DNA of 57,489 nucleotides from an uncultured virus (IMG/VR IMGVR_UViG_3300027782_000043) (lineage: Duplodnaviria; Heunggongvirae; Uroviricota; Caudoviricetes), in the IMG/VR virus record IMGVR_UViG_3300027782_000043. One strand, written 5' to 3'. The position numbers and the translations under genes were made by a program. The notes beneath the pieces are model-generated. The model saw nothing but the letters and a program-made list of their open reading frames with translations. It searched no databases and had not been told where the DNA came from. Position 1 is the stretch's first letter, and every line of letters begins with the position of its first letter. Shown piece by piece: positions 42,001 through 50,081 of this stretch.

Positions 42001-42312
42001 TCCAGCATCATAACCTGAAAGACCTAAAATTCTTGTTACAAATAATTGATTAGATTGTTGTAAATATGATTTCGCAATGTATGCCGCCTCATATTTAGGG
42101 ATTTGTGTGTTAATAAATTTTTCGGGTGAAGTACCCCCAAAATAGTTTTGAAATTCATCGTAATTTCTTACAAAAATTGGTTCAAAAGCGGGTCCTTTTA
42201 ATGTTTCTCCCGCAATACCTAAGGTTGTAACACCAACACTTTGTGCTACGAAACTTAAATCTACTTCAGAAGTGTATACTCCCGGCGATACAAATACTTT
42301 ACTGTTTGCCAT
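39001..42312 (-). CDS. Tail sheath protein (1103 aa)
   Basis: N-terminal 'SPGVYTSEVD', 'G.T.KGP'. C-terminal 'YYPW', 'PWFAAAG..RG', 'RDTLYQGRINPI', 'WGNKTL', 'RINVRRLL', 'IYIKPTRSLEFI'. Confidence 0.96.
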   Translation of the reverse strand: MANSKVFVSPGVYTSEVDLSFVAQSVGVTTLGIAGETLKGPAFEPIFVRNYDEFQNYFGGTSPEKFINTQIPKYEAAYIAKSYLQQSNQLFVTRILGLSGYDAGPSWSILTEANVNCSTIDVNCFSSVTVNCEQQCVIPLELPYSVDFTGCTDSTSSIEYMTHFPQEILDLLDVSYETPQGGTSTLDSNIKELIFNVITNSNPLIAEDQYISYFGSVDDNDYNALTVNGSYTATTNVYGVPSIPFSGNNLCDGANTSWYYSLFDNVGGGSYTGFSFWSIVTGVTNITPITTTTTAPTTTSTTTDPCVIPVPTTTTTTTSPIPVECFSGSVMGVIYYYTGTSYTEYDDLVVATFRSRGISTYSNGNNPIYEVSGLTDVVLDMTGQYSGVLQNPYLPFGVNVTNKDGVNFNFETSFATSDSQYITKVFGTDNFGKPRTVVPLFVEERFQALLNYGWRKGFIRGLNPTLVDLNSAQSNASDSIGWYLDKYQTPSSPWVVSELRGTKVYNLFKFYTISDGDSANYEIKISIGNISFSNQTFDVFIRDYYDTDSNPVVIEKFTNCSMDPSQNNFIAKKTGSLDGEYQLNSKYVMVEMNEDAPVDALPCGFDGFNFRTYGTATSPFPVYKTKYDFPGEVIFNPPFGTPIQSGGDNVRRTYLGISNNNSWDGNYFEYIGKINTISTCDIESVDWKYKSKGFHMDKDASGITISDAFTTSGTSKFVVGSANFSSEPNNPTSPYYRIYSRKFTLLVQGGYDGWDIYREHRTNSDRYVLGRTGYLNGACPDNRYPNAVGWGAFKQIAVGDGTKDFANTDYYAYLLGIQTFSNPEAVNINVFVSPGIDYVNNSDLVESTIDMIENERADSLYITTTPDYNMFLPTTTGNDGIIYPQEAVDNLETTGIDSNYTATYYPWVLTRDSVNNTQIYIPATAEVTRNLALTDNIAFPWFAAAGYTRGIVNSIKARKKLTQEDRDTLYQGRINPIATFSDVGTVIWGNKTLQVRESALDRINVRRLLLQARKLISAVSVRLLFDQNDEQVRQDFLNSVNPILDAIRRDRGLYDFRVTVSSDTADLDRNQMTGKIYIKPTRSLEFIDITFYITPTGASFEDI

Positions 42313-42344
42313 TGTCTTTTTTTATTTAGTTATTTTATTTTCTA

Positions 42345-42352
42345 TATAAATA
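42345..42352 (-). promoter_or_regulatory. TATTTATA late-promoter-like motif (representative minus-strand instance, tail sheath)
   Basis: 32 nt upstream of the sheath ATG on the coding strand. Confidence 0.6.
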
Positions 42353-42412
42353 TTAGTTTTTTTCGCAAAAACTTTACTTCTTTGAAACTATTTATATTTT
42401 GGTATGATTTTA

Positions 42413-42431
42413 TTCTACCTTTTTTCTACCT
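42413..42431 (+). promoter_or_regulatory. Tandem TTCTACCT direct repeat (11-bp period) abutting the RHH start codon; candidate operator
   Basis: TTCTACCT at 42413-42420 and 42424-42431, with ATG at 42432. Confidence 0.5.
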
Positions 42432-42596
42432 ATGGATAATGACACTAAGAAGATAAAAAATTTAAAGATTTCCCCCGAGGTCCACAATGTGTTAAAAAAA
42501 TATTGTGATAAACGAGGAATAAAAATGTATCGATTTTTAGAAAATTTAATTATGGAAAAATGTAAAGAAAAAAAAGATGTATATGGTGAAGACTAA
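42432..42596 (+). CDS. Small ribbon-helix-helix DNA-binding protein (54 aa, not in the ORF track)
   Basis: MDNDTKKIKNLKISPEVHNVLKKYCDKRGIKMYRFLENLIMEKCKEKKDVYGED: beta strand KNLKI, helix, G turn, helix. Fills an otherwise empty gap. Confidence 0.75.
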   Translation: MDNDTKKIKNLKISPEVHNVLKKYCDKRGIKMYRFLENLIMEKCKEKKDVYGED

Positions 42597-43658
42597 TTAT
42601 AGTAATTCCTGATTAAAAATTAAAAACGATGTATCATTTGGGAATTGTTTATAAATAATTATTTTTAGTGTATCTCCAGTATTAATTTGTATCTCTCTTA
42701 CATCATTACCATAATAAAGACCATTTATATAAACGTCATATCCTGACGGAGGAGTTCCGTTTGATACGTTATCACTATCAACAAATTTTAAATTAACAGT
42801 GTAATCAAAAACTTCAGTGACTTCGTTTGATGTAATACCTGTGGCAAAATCATATCTTTTTACTGATGGTGGATTAGGGGTTTCCTTTTTTTGTTTTTTC
42901 TTTTTTATTTTTACATCGGTTTCATATATTTGAAAAACTCTTGTAATTGCTGGAGATATTTCAAATTGATCTTCATCAATAAGAAATCCCAATAAAGTAA
43001 ATGTGTATTTTTGGATATAAACCTTTCTTTTTTCTAAATCTAATGTTGATTCATCAGTAATATCGTTCATAACAATTGGAATATAATGACCTTTAATTAC
43101 TTGATACGCTTGACGAGAAGAAAATTTTTCAAGAATAATTTGATTTAATTTATTCAATTCTCTCATTCTGTTACATATTATAACTACTGTATATGTTATA
43201 TCAACAGGAACAGGTTGTGGTATTTTATAAATGTCCATACCATGTCTTTGTCCATCCCATGTTGGAACCTTAGCATAATAATATTGTTTCCTATTTGGTA
43301 TATTGTACCTTAATGCCGGATTTGTACCAAACTTAACTTCAGGGGTTCTAATTGTTGTTATAAAGGGGGGTTCTGCGTTTTTATCAATATTTTGGAAATC
43401 CCAAGTTTCAACAAACTGAGACCAATTTTGTGTTGTAATTAAAATATCAATTGCGGGAATAACTTTTCCATCAACAACACATCTTAATTCATCTCTAACA
43501 AAATCTAAAAATCCACGATCTAAATCTGCATGTAACAAAGATTTTGGAAGGTAGGTTCCATCCTCTGAAATCATCTCCGCAATCTCATGTCTTCTTGGTG
43601 TCAAGATTTTTTTATTAATAAGAGGAATTGTCTTTTTTATTTGTTTTGGAAATCCCAT
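42597..43658 (-). CDS. Putative tail completion/terminator protein (gp15-like)
   Basis: Position between the neck gene and sheath. 'PVPVDITY.V.I...M..LN...IL..F' resembles gp15-type terminators. Confidence 0.55.
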   Translation of the reverse strand: MGFPKQIKKTIPLINKKILTPRRHEIAEMISEDGTYLPKSLLHADLDRGFLDFVRDELRCVVDGKVIPAIDILITTQNWSQFVETWDFQNIDKNAEPPFITTIRTPEVKFGTNPALRYNIPNRKQYYYAKVPTWDGQRHGMDIYKIPQPVPVDITYTVVIICNRMRELNKLNQIILEKFSSRQAYQVIKGHYIPIVMNDITDESTLDLEKRKVYIQKYTFTLLGFLIDEDQFEISPAITRVFQIYETDVKIKKKKQKKETPNPPSVKRYDFATGITSNEVTEVFDYTVNLKFVDSDNVSNGTPPSGYDVYINGLYYGNDVREIQINTGDTLKIIIYKQFPNDTSFLIFNQELL

Positions 43659-43660
43659 AA

Positions 43661-44101
43661 TTAATTAACTAAAAATATTTTATCATCTAAATTTATCATT
43701 TCAACCTCATCAGCACTAAAAATTGGTTCTTTTGTTTTTTTTATGAGAAATGAGTCGTCAAAATAAGGATTATATTTAATAACAACATTTCCTTCAGGAC
43801 TTGGTATATCCTCACAAGGATATTCACAATAATCAATCAATGTTCCAGTAACATAAGCATGAACATTTTTTTGTTTTACTGACCTAACTTTTTCTTTTCC
43901 CTTTTCCCCCACTAAAAATTTAACATTTTTTAATCTAACGTAATCTGCCTTTAATACAACAATACCAGAAAATGTAACAGAAAACATATGTCTTGTAATA
44001 TCATAATAAACTTTAACTTGTTTTTTTATTAATAAATTAGGGTCTTTTTTTATAAAAGATATTAATTCATTAGTTTGTGATTCTTTTAATAGTATTTTCA
44101 T
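43661..44101 (-). CDS. Conserved phage hypothetical protein (146 aa)
   Basis: 'G.EKVR..KQKNVHAYVTG' and 'YNPY' motifs that I recall from widespread phage hypotheticals. MKILLKESQ leader. Confidence 0.7.
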   Translation of the reverse strand: MKILLKESQTNELISFIKKDPNLLIKKQVKVYYDITRHMFSVTFSGIVVLKADYVRLKNVKFLVGEKGKEKVRSVKQKNVHAYVTGTLIDYCEYPCEDIPSPEGNVVIKYNPYFDDSFLIKKTKEPIFSADEVEMINLDDKIFLVN

Positions 44102-44610
44102 AATCCTTTAAATTCATTTGGACCAACAGGAGACGCACTTATTGTACGATAAAATGGTTTATATCCTGCATAGGTATGTTTATTATCTGACACAACACGA
44201 CCATCATTATTAACCGTATAGTACCTTACCAAAGTTTCAGTTTCATAGTAACCAATGTAATCCCCAAAATTTATATCAACATTTAAATTATCTAAAGTTT
44301 TTTGATAAACAGAAACTCTAATATTCCCTGGCTCCATTTGATCCATTCTTGTTGACCCCATCATTTTATTTTCAGGTGCCGATACTTGAACAAACGCATT
44401 AAATTCAATTGGAGGTAAAAATTTAATACCGTCCGAAACGGTTTCACCATAGACATCATCTGTTTTTGTCTTTTGCCTATCTATACGATATAACACACAA
44501 GTGAAATTCATATCACCAATCAACCACTCTTCTCCCATTGAAATATCAAGGTCAAAATCGTTCTCTCCGAAAAATTTACCCAATCTTGTAATAGGAATTT
44601 TATTAGCCAT
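44098..44610 (-). CDS. Putative head-closure/neck protein (gp14-like)
   Basis: 'LYRID......DDVYGE' and 'GDYI' pattern. Upstream of the tail-completion and sheath genes. Confidence 0.55.
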   Translation of the reverse strand: MANKIPITRLGKFFGENDFDLDISMGEEWLIGDMNFTCVLYRIDRQKTKTDDVYGETVSDGIKFLPPIEFNAFVQVSAPENKMMGSTRMDQMEPGNIRVSVYQKTLDNLNVDINFGDYIGYYETETLVRYYTVNNDGRVVSDNKHTYAGYKPFYRTISASPVGPNEFKGL

Positions 44611-44624
44611 AATTACGGTTTTTA

Positions 44625-46433
44625 TTGATAAATATCTTTTTTATTGTTATTTTTAATAAAAAGAGAATTTTGGATATTAATCAATCATTGATAGAACATA
44701 AAGCGTTAGAATTATTAGACTCATACTCGGGGGCCAATAATCATATATTGTATCTAAAAACCAAAAAAGAGAATAATAAAAAGTTTTACCCAACAAGAAC
44801 TCAATCAGATTACATTATAAATTATTTTGATACAGTTCCTAAGGTTGCTCGTAAGTGGGTTGATCTCGATACGTATTTCGCAAAGAAGTTTGCTGAGGAA
44901 AGATATTTTATGGAAACCCCTGAAAAAATTTACATTGAGAAATTATTAGTTGAGAAAGAAAAATCGTATCATATTTGGGGTAAGTTCTTTGAGAAGGATC
45001 CTTTAACAGAATTTTGGGTTCCTAAATCATCATTAATAAAGACTCACAATGTTGAGGTAGTTGAGGTAGATTATTCTAAATACAGTCATAGACCCCCACT
45101 ACAACATCAAAAAGAAGCAATAGAAAAATTGGCGGGATCAAGAAGATTTATTCTTGCTGATGATATGGGGTTGGGTAAAACAACTTGTACAATCATTGCT
45201 GCGTTAGAGACAGGAGCGAAAAAAATATTAATTATATGTCCCGCATCATTAAAGATTAACTGGCAACGTGAAATTGAAAATTATTCAGATAGACCTGTTT
45301 ATATTTCGGAAGGTAAGAAATTTTCAACTGAATCTGATTTTGTTATTGTTAATTATGATATCCTAAAAAATTTTCACAATACTACGGATAAAAATAAGTC
45401 TTTATTAGATCAATCAAATTTTGACCTTGTTATCTTAGATGAAGCTCACATGATCTCAAATCCTCAAGCACAAAGAACAAAAATAATAAATAATTTCGTT
45501 AAAAATATTAAAAGGGTTTGGTTATTAACGGGAACTCCAATGACTTCTCGACCAATGAACTATTATAACCTATTAAATATTATTGAATCTCCTGTTGCTC
45601 AAAATTGGATGGCTTACGCTATTCGTTATTGTCAAGGATATCAATTTATGGCAGGTAGAAGAAAAGTTTGGAATGTAACGGGAGCATCTAATTTGGAGGA
45701 ATTAAGAGATAGAACTTCAAAACAAATTCTTCGTAGGTTAAAAGAAGATGTGTTGGATCTTCCTGATAAAATTATTTCTCCTGTATATCTTCGTTTGAAA
45801 TCAAAAGAATATGAAGAACTGATGGGGGAATATTATGATTGGTTTGATAACAAAAAAGATGAATCGTCTTCCCTTACTGTTCAATTTTCTAAATTAATGA
45901 AAGTTAGAAAAGTTATTTCAAACGAAAAAACAAAACAAACAATCGAGTTTGCCGAAAATATTATTGAACAAGGTAAAAAGGTTATTATCTTCACAAACTT
46001 TACTGACACATTACAAACGATTTATCAACATTTTGGTAAACAAGCGGTTTATTTGGATGGTAGTTGTTCTAAACCTCATCGTCAACATGCTGTTGATGAA
46101 TTTCAAGATAACGAAAAGATTAGAGTATTTGTTGGTAACTTAAAAGCTGCAGGTGTTGGTTTAACTTTGACCGCCGCTGAGGTTGTTATTATGAATGACT
46201 TATCTTTTGTTCCTGCAGAACATGCTCAAGCGGAAGATCGAGCATATCGTTATGGTCAAAAATCTAATGTACTTGTGTATTATCCATTATATGAAAATAC
46301 AATTGAGGGTGCAATATATGATATCCTAAATCGTAAAAAAAAAATTATCAGAACTGTAATGGGGGATGAAAATCCTGAGAATAGTGGAGACATTGTTGAA
46401 GAAATTTTAGACATTATAAATAAAAAAAGATAA
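44625..46433 (+). CDS. SNF2-family helicase (SMARCAL1/HARP-like); true start possibly TTG at 44670
   Basis: LADDMGLGKT, ICPASL..NW, ILDEAH, LLTGTP, LRRLK, GVGLTLTAA and QAEDRAYRYGQ motifs. Confidence 0.93.
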   Translation: MINIFFIVIFNKKRILDINQSLIEHKALELLDSYSGANNHILYLKTKKENNKKFYPTRTQSDYIINYFDTVPKVARKWVDLDTYFAKKFAEERYFMETPEKIYIEKLLVEKEKSYHIWGKFFEKDPLTEFWVPKSSLIKTHNVEVVEVDYSKYSHRPPLQHQKEAIEKLAGSRRFILADDMGLGKTTCTIIAALETGAKKILIICPASLKINWQREIENYSDRPVYISEGKKFSTESDFVIVNYDILKNFHNTTDKNKSLLDQSNFDLVILDEAHMISNPQAQRTKIINNFVKNIKRVWLLTGTPMTSRPMNYYNLLNIIESPVAQNWMAYAIRYCQGYQFMAGRRKVWNVTGASNLEELRDRTSKQILRRLKEDVLDLPDKIISPVYLRLKSKEYEELMGEYYDWFDNKKDESSSLTVQFSKLMKVRKVISNEKTKQTIEFAENIIEQGKKVIIFTNFTDTLQTIYQHFGKQAVYLDGSCSKPHRQHAVDEFQDNEKIRVFVGNLKAAGVGLTLTAAEVVIMNDLSFVPAEHAQAEDRAYRYGQKSNVLVYYPLYENTIEGAIYDILNRKKKIIRTVMGDENPENSGDIVEEILDIINKKR

Positions 46434-46474
46434 TATTACTGTTGTTGTTATATTTATATAAAAATAAATATATT

Positions 46475-46795
46475 ATGAAAAAAACAATAAGATTAACGGA
46501 ATCTGATTTAGCTCGTATTGTTAGACGAGTAATAAGAGAAGAAAGTTCAAAGATTGGTGGTGTTTTATCGTGTGTTGCAACAGCATCACAATTAAAGTTA
46601 ACTGACCTTGAAAAAATTAGTTCTTGTAAAACATTAAATACAGAATCAGGACAAACAATGACAAATCTTAAAAGTTGTCTTGCAGGGGCTAAAAGTATAA
46701 TAGACGAAAAAACTAAAAACATGGACTTTTTTGATAAAGCTAGATATTATACAAATCTTACAACTGAAACAGCAAAGTGTATTTATAATAAATAA
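46475..46795 (+). CDS. Small Cys-containing hypothetical protein (106 aa from ATG 46475)
   Basis: Starts MKKTIRLTESDLARIVRRVIREE. TATTTATA lies 16 nt upstream. Four Cys. Confidence 0.75.
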   Translation: MKKTIRLTESDLARIVRRVIREESSKIGGVLSCVATASQLKLTDLEKISSCKTLNTESGQTMTNLKSCLAGAKSIIDEKTKNMDFFDKARYYTNLTTETAKCIYNK

Positions 46796-46824
46796 AAATA
46801 TTATTAAAAAAAAAGAAGATAGTT

Positions 46825-47373
46825 ATGAATAATAGTAGAAGTCAAACTAAAATTAGAAAAACTCAACAAGTTAATTTACTTGCGGAAGAAAGATATTTAA
46901 AACAAAAAGGTTTATTATTTGAAAATATTGAGGAATTTCAAGAATGTTTTGATTCATTTGGTTTAACTAATGAAAATATACCTGAAAGTTGTAAATCAGT
47001 TACAAATAGGGATGAATTTATAGAATGTAAAAATGAAATAAATTTAGCAATACGGGGAATGGGAAGTAAGGTATCTGAGTTTGACAAATTATTTAATTGT
47101 TTACAGGGAAAAGCATCAAGTTTAGGGTTTTTATCATCAGAAGATATTAATAATTCTTTTACTGATGGGTTTAAAGGATGTTTTAACACTTTATCTGAAT
47201 TTGATAAAGAGTATGTACCAGAAAGTTGTCAATTAATTAGTAATAAAGAAGAATTTAATACATGTATAGATGATATTTATGAAGAAATGGAACCAAACAT
47301 GGATCCAGAAAAAGTTGATTCGTTAATTGAATGTTTAAATGGTGAAGCAACTATATTAGGTTATTTAGATTAA
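46825..47373 (+). CDS. Hypothetical protein (182 aa) with two ~70-aa four-Cys repeats
   Basis: Internal duplication F..CF...PESC....N..EF..C...CL.G.A..LG(F/Y)L. Confidence 0.78.
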   Translation: MNNSRSQTKIRKTQQVNLLAEERYLKQKGLLFENIEEFQECFDSFGLTNENIPESCKSVTNRDEFIECKNEINLAIRGMGSKVSEFDKLFNCLQGKASSLGFLSSEDINNSFTDGFKGCFNTLSEFDKEYVPESCQLISNKEEFNTCIDDIYEEMEPNMDPEKVDSLIECLNGEATILGYLD

Positions 47374-47412
47374 GATTAAAATTAAAAACCGTATTAGTAA
47401 AAATAATATTAT

Positions 47413-47438
47413 AAACCCACCACACAGGTGGGTTTTTT
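47413..47438 (+). terminator. Intrinsic terminator
   Basis: AAACCCACC-acaca-GGTGGGTTT followed by TTT. Confidence 0.85.
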
Positions 47439-47461
47439 ATTTTATATGATATTTATAGATA

Positions 47462-48556
47462 ATGAAAGCAACAATTAAACACATTAAATGTGATATGTCC
47501 AAAGAAGATAAAACTTTAATGGAAGATTTTATAAAATATTTACAAAAAAAATACCCAATTAAAAACAATATTACAATTATGTTTTTAGGGGAAAGAAATG
47601 GTGAAATGTCAACTGGAAGTAGAACAGAAAATTCAGAACTTAAAATTTTAACTAAAGGTCGATTAAATCGTGATGTTTGTAGGACATTGGCTCATGAATG
47701 GGTACACGAATGGCAACGAACAACTAAAGGTATGAAAAGAGGTCAAGATATTGGTGGTCAAAATGAAGATGAAGCTAATTCTGAAGCCGGATCGGTTATT
47801 AAAAAATTTGAACGTGACTTCCCTAAATATGAAAAATTTATGTATGAAGGTTTAGTTGGTATTGGAAAAAAAATAAATTTAATAAATGAACAAATTATAT
47901 TATCTGAAAAAGAAAATATACGTGAAAATTTTATATTAGAGATGAAAAAAATTGGTATTGATAAACTACCTTATTCATATTCATCAATAAATAAATTTGT
48001 TGACCCCGAAACAATGAATATTCACTATAACAAACATTATAAGGGGTATGTTAAAAAATTAAATGACGCTTTATCAAAAAAAGATTATGGTGATGTTGAG
48101 TTAGAAGATATTGTTAAATCTATTGGAAAATATGATACGGTAATTAGAAATAATGCCGGAGGAGCATTTAACCATGCTTTGTTTTGGAAAATGTTATCAC
48201 CAAAAAAACAAAAACCAAGTGGTGAAATATTTGAGGAGATCACAAAACAATATGGTAATATAAAAAAAATGAAAGATGAATTTAATCAAACCGCCAAAGA
48301 TAGATTTGGATCTGGATGGGTTTGGTTAATTTTAACAAAAAAAAATACTTTAAAAATAATGTCAACACCCAACCAAGACAATCCAATGATGAGTGTTGTT
48401 AAAGACGGTGGTTATCCTTTATTAGGACTTGATGTTTGGGAACACGCATATTATTTAAGATATAGAAATAAAAGAGATGAATACATTAGAAATTTTTGGA
48501 ATTATGTAAATTGGGAATTTGTTAATGAGTTATATTTGTTGAGAACTAAAAAATAA
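47462..48556 (+). CDS. sod: Fe/Mn superoxide dismutase fused to an N-terminal HExxH zincin-like domain
   Basis: SOD motifs LPYSY, HYNKH, NNAGGAFNHALFW, FGSGWVWL, NQD and DVWEHAYY. N-terminal RTLAHEWVHEWQ...EDEAN. Confidence 0.9.
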   Translation: MKATIKHIKCDMSKEDKTLMEDFIKYLQKKYPIKNNITIMFLGERNGEMSTGSRTENSELKILTKGRLNRDVCRTLAHEWVHEWQRTTKGMKRGQDIGGQNEDEANSEAGSVIKKFERDFPKYEKFMYEGLVGIGKKINLINEQIILSEKENIRENFILEMKKIGIDKLPYSYSSINKFVDPETMNIHYNKHYKGYVKKLNDALSKKDYGDVELEDIVKSIGKYDTVIRNNAGGAFNHALFWKMLSPKKQKPSGEIFEEITKQYGNIKKMKDEFNQTAKDRFGSGWVWLILTKKNTLKIMSTPNQDNPMMSVVKDGGYPLLGLDVWEHAYYLRYRNKRDEYIRNFWNYVNWEFVNELYLLRTKK

Positions 48557-48558
48557 GA

Positions 48559-48566
48559 TATTTATA
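48559..48566 (+). promoter_or_regulatory. TATTTATA late-promoter-like motif (representative plus-strand instance)
   Basis: 10 nt upstream of the neck gene ATG. The same motif precedes many other genes (see findings). Confidence 0.6.
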
Positions 48567-48576
48567 AATAAAAACT

Positions 48577-49701
48577 ATGTCAATAATTTCAGAACCAGAA
48601 AGAAGTAAATTATATACAAGAATTCGTCACCTATTAGGTGCTCCTCTTCGTAGTGTTGAGTTAGAAGACGAACAAATGGATACATTGTTAGAATTTTCTA
48701 TTGATGATTATTCACAATATATACAAGATTGGTTAATAGAATCACAATGGTCTAATCTTTGGGGTTTAAATGTTGAAACACAATCATTAGCAAAAGCATT
48801 TATCTCTAAAAGTTTAGATTATGAAACAAGATACACATATGCCTATTCTAAAATTGTAGGATTACAAGCTGGCGGTGACTATGTTTTAAAGAAAGATTAC
48901 ATTCAATTAGTTGGTAACCAACAAATATATGAAATACCTGCGTGTAGAGAACTTAACGAATTACTGTGGTTTTCTCCCGCAGAATTAAATAATACGTTAA
49001 TAGATCCGTGGACTTTTGGTGGAATTGCCGGTGGAGGATTAGGAGGACCGGGTGGATTTACTCAAATGGGTAACATGGCGGGTAGTTACTTTATGATGCC
49101 AGCGTTTGATATGTTATTAAGAATGCAAGAAATTAATATACAAAGAAGAATAATCCAAGGTGATTTAACATATAGGGTTACAGCGTTACCTGAAGGTAAA
49201 AAAGCAATTCACTTAATGAATACACCTGGAGGTAAATTTGACTTCGGTAATGGTACATTAATGAAAGGTAGAGTTTGGTATTGGTATTATGATGCTTGTG
49301 AAGAGGATAAAGACAATTGTTTAAAAAATAATCCTGATATAATTCAAATGCCATCAGATGTACCATTCCAACAAATGTCTTGGGTTGATCTAAATAATCC
49401 GGCACAGGTTTGGGTTCGTAGATGGTTTACGGCATATTGTAAAGAAACATTAGCAAGAGTTCGAGGTAAATTTAGTGGTAACATTAAAACCCCCGATTCT
49501 GAATTAACAATGGATTACACTTCTTTAGCAACTGAGGCAAAAGATGAAAAAACAAAACTAATAGATGAACTTACAGGACCTGAAGGTAGGTTGACAAGAT
49601 TAAAACCTGAAAAAGTAATGGAAAGAGAAGCGTTAATTGCAGAAAACTTAAATAAATCACTTAAGTTTAGAGCAATGCCAAGACAAATATATGTTATATA
49701 A
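48577..49701 (+). CDS. Neck / head-tail adaptor protein (gp13-like)
   Basis: 'IRHLLGAP..SVEL.DEQ' N-terminus and 'WVRRW..A..KE.LARVRGKF......L......L..EA..E' C-terminus typical of gp13-like proteins. Confidence 0.75.
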   Translation: MSIISEPERSKLYTRIRHLLGAPLRSVELEDEQMDTLLEFSIDDYSQYIQDWLIESQWSNLWGLNVETQSLAKAFISKSLDYETRYTYAYSKIVGLQAGGDYVLKKDYIQLVGNQQIYEIPACRELNELLWFSPAELNNTLIDPWTFGGIAGGGLGGPGGFTQMGNMAGSYFMMPAFDMLLRMQEINIQRRIIQGDLTYRVTALPEGKKAIHLMNTPGGKFDFGNGTLMKGRVWYWYYDACEEDKDNCLKNNPDIIQMPSDVPFQQMSWVDLNNPAQVWVRRWFTAYCKETLARVRGKFSGNIKTPDSELTMDYTSLATEAKDEKTKLIDELTGPEGRLTRLKPEKVMEREALIAENLNKSLKFRAMPRQIYVI

Positions 49702-50061
49702 ATGGTATCAATAATTAATATCCCGAAAAGAAAAACAATAATAAAAGGTGAAGTTACAACTCAAGTTACAACTCAAGTATATGTCCCCGATTATAAAATT
49801 GTTTCCGAACTACAATACACTTCTAATGGTGAAAAATTAATTATTGCAAAAAACATTAACGAAACAACAATAACTTTAGATTCTACAAAAAATTCAAAAG
49901 TTATTATAAAAGCATTGACAAATGTTAGGTTATTACCTGACATTGGTAAAATTGATGAGGAATGGGATGAACTCCAATTAGATTGGGGGGCTTGTGTACA
50001 GTTTCAGTTTGTAGAAGGAAACTGGATAATACTATCTTCAGACGGGTTGAAGATGTCTTAA
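49702..50061 (+). CDS. Hypothetical protein (119 aa), possibly virion-associated
   Basis: ORF abutting the neck gene. Beta-rich C-terminus ending in a 'NWII' pattern. Confidence 0.65.
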   Translation: MVSIINIPKRKTIIKGEVTTQVTTQVYVPDYKIVSELQYTSNGEKLIIAKNINETTITLDSTKNSKVIIKALTNVRLLPDIGKIDEEWDELQLDWGACVQFQFVEGNWIILSSDGLKMS

Positions 50062-50081
50062 AACCTCATCATTTAAGAAAC

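Noticed and set aside
10584..42312. Bacterial contractile injection system or tailocin locus
   Set aside because: Interleaved phage replication genes and head-neck genes, with no host housekeeping context.
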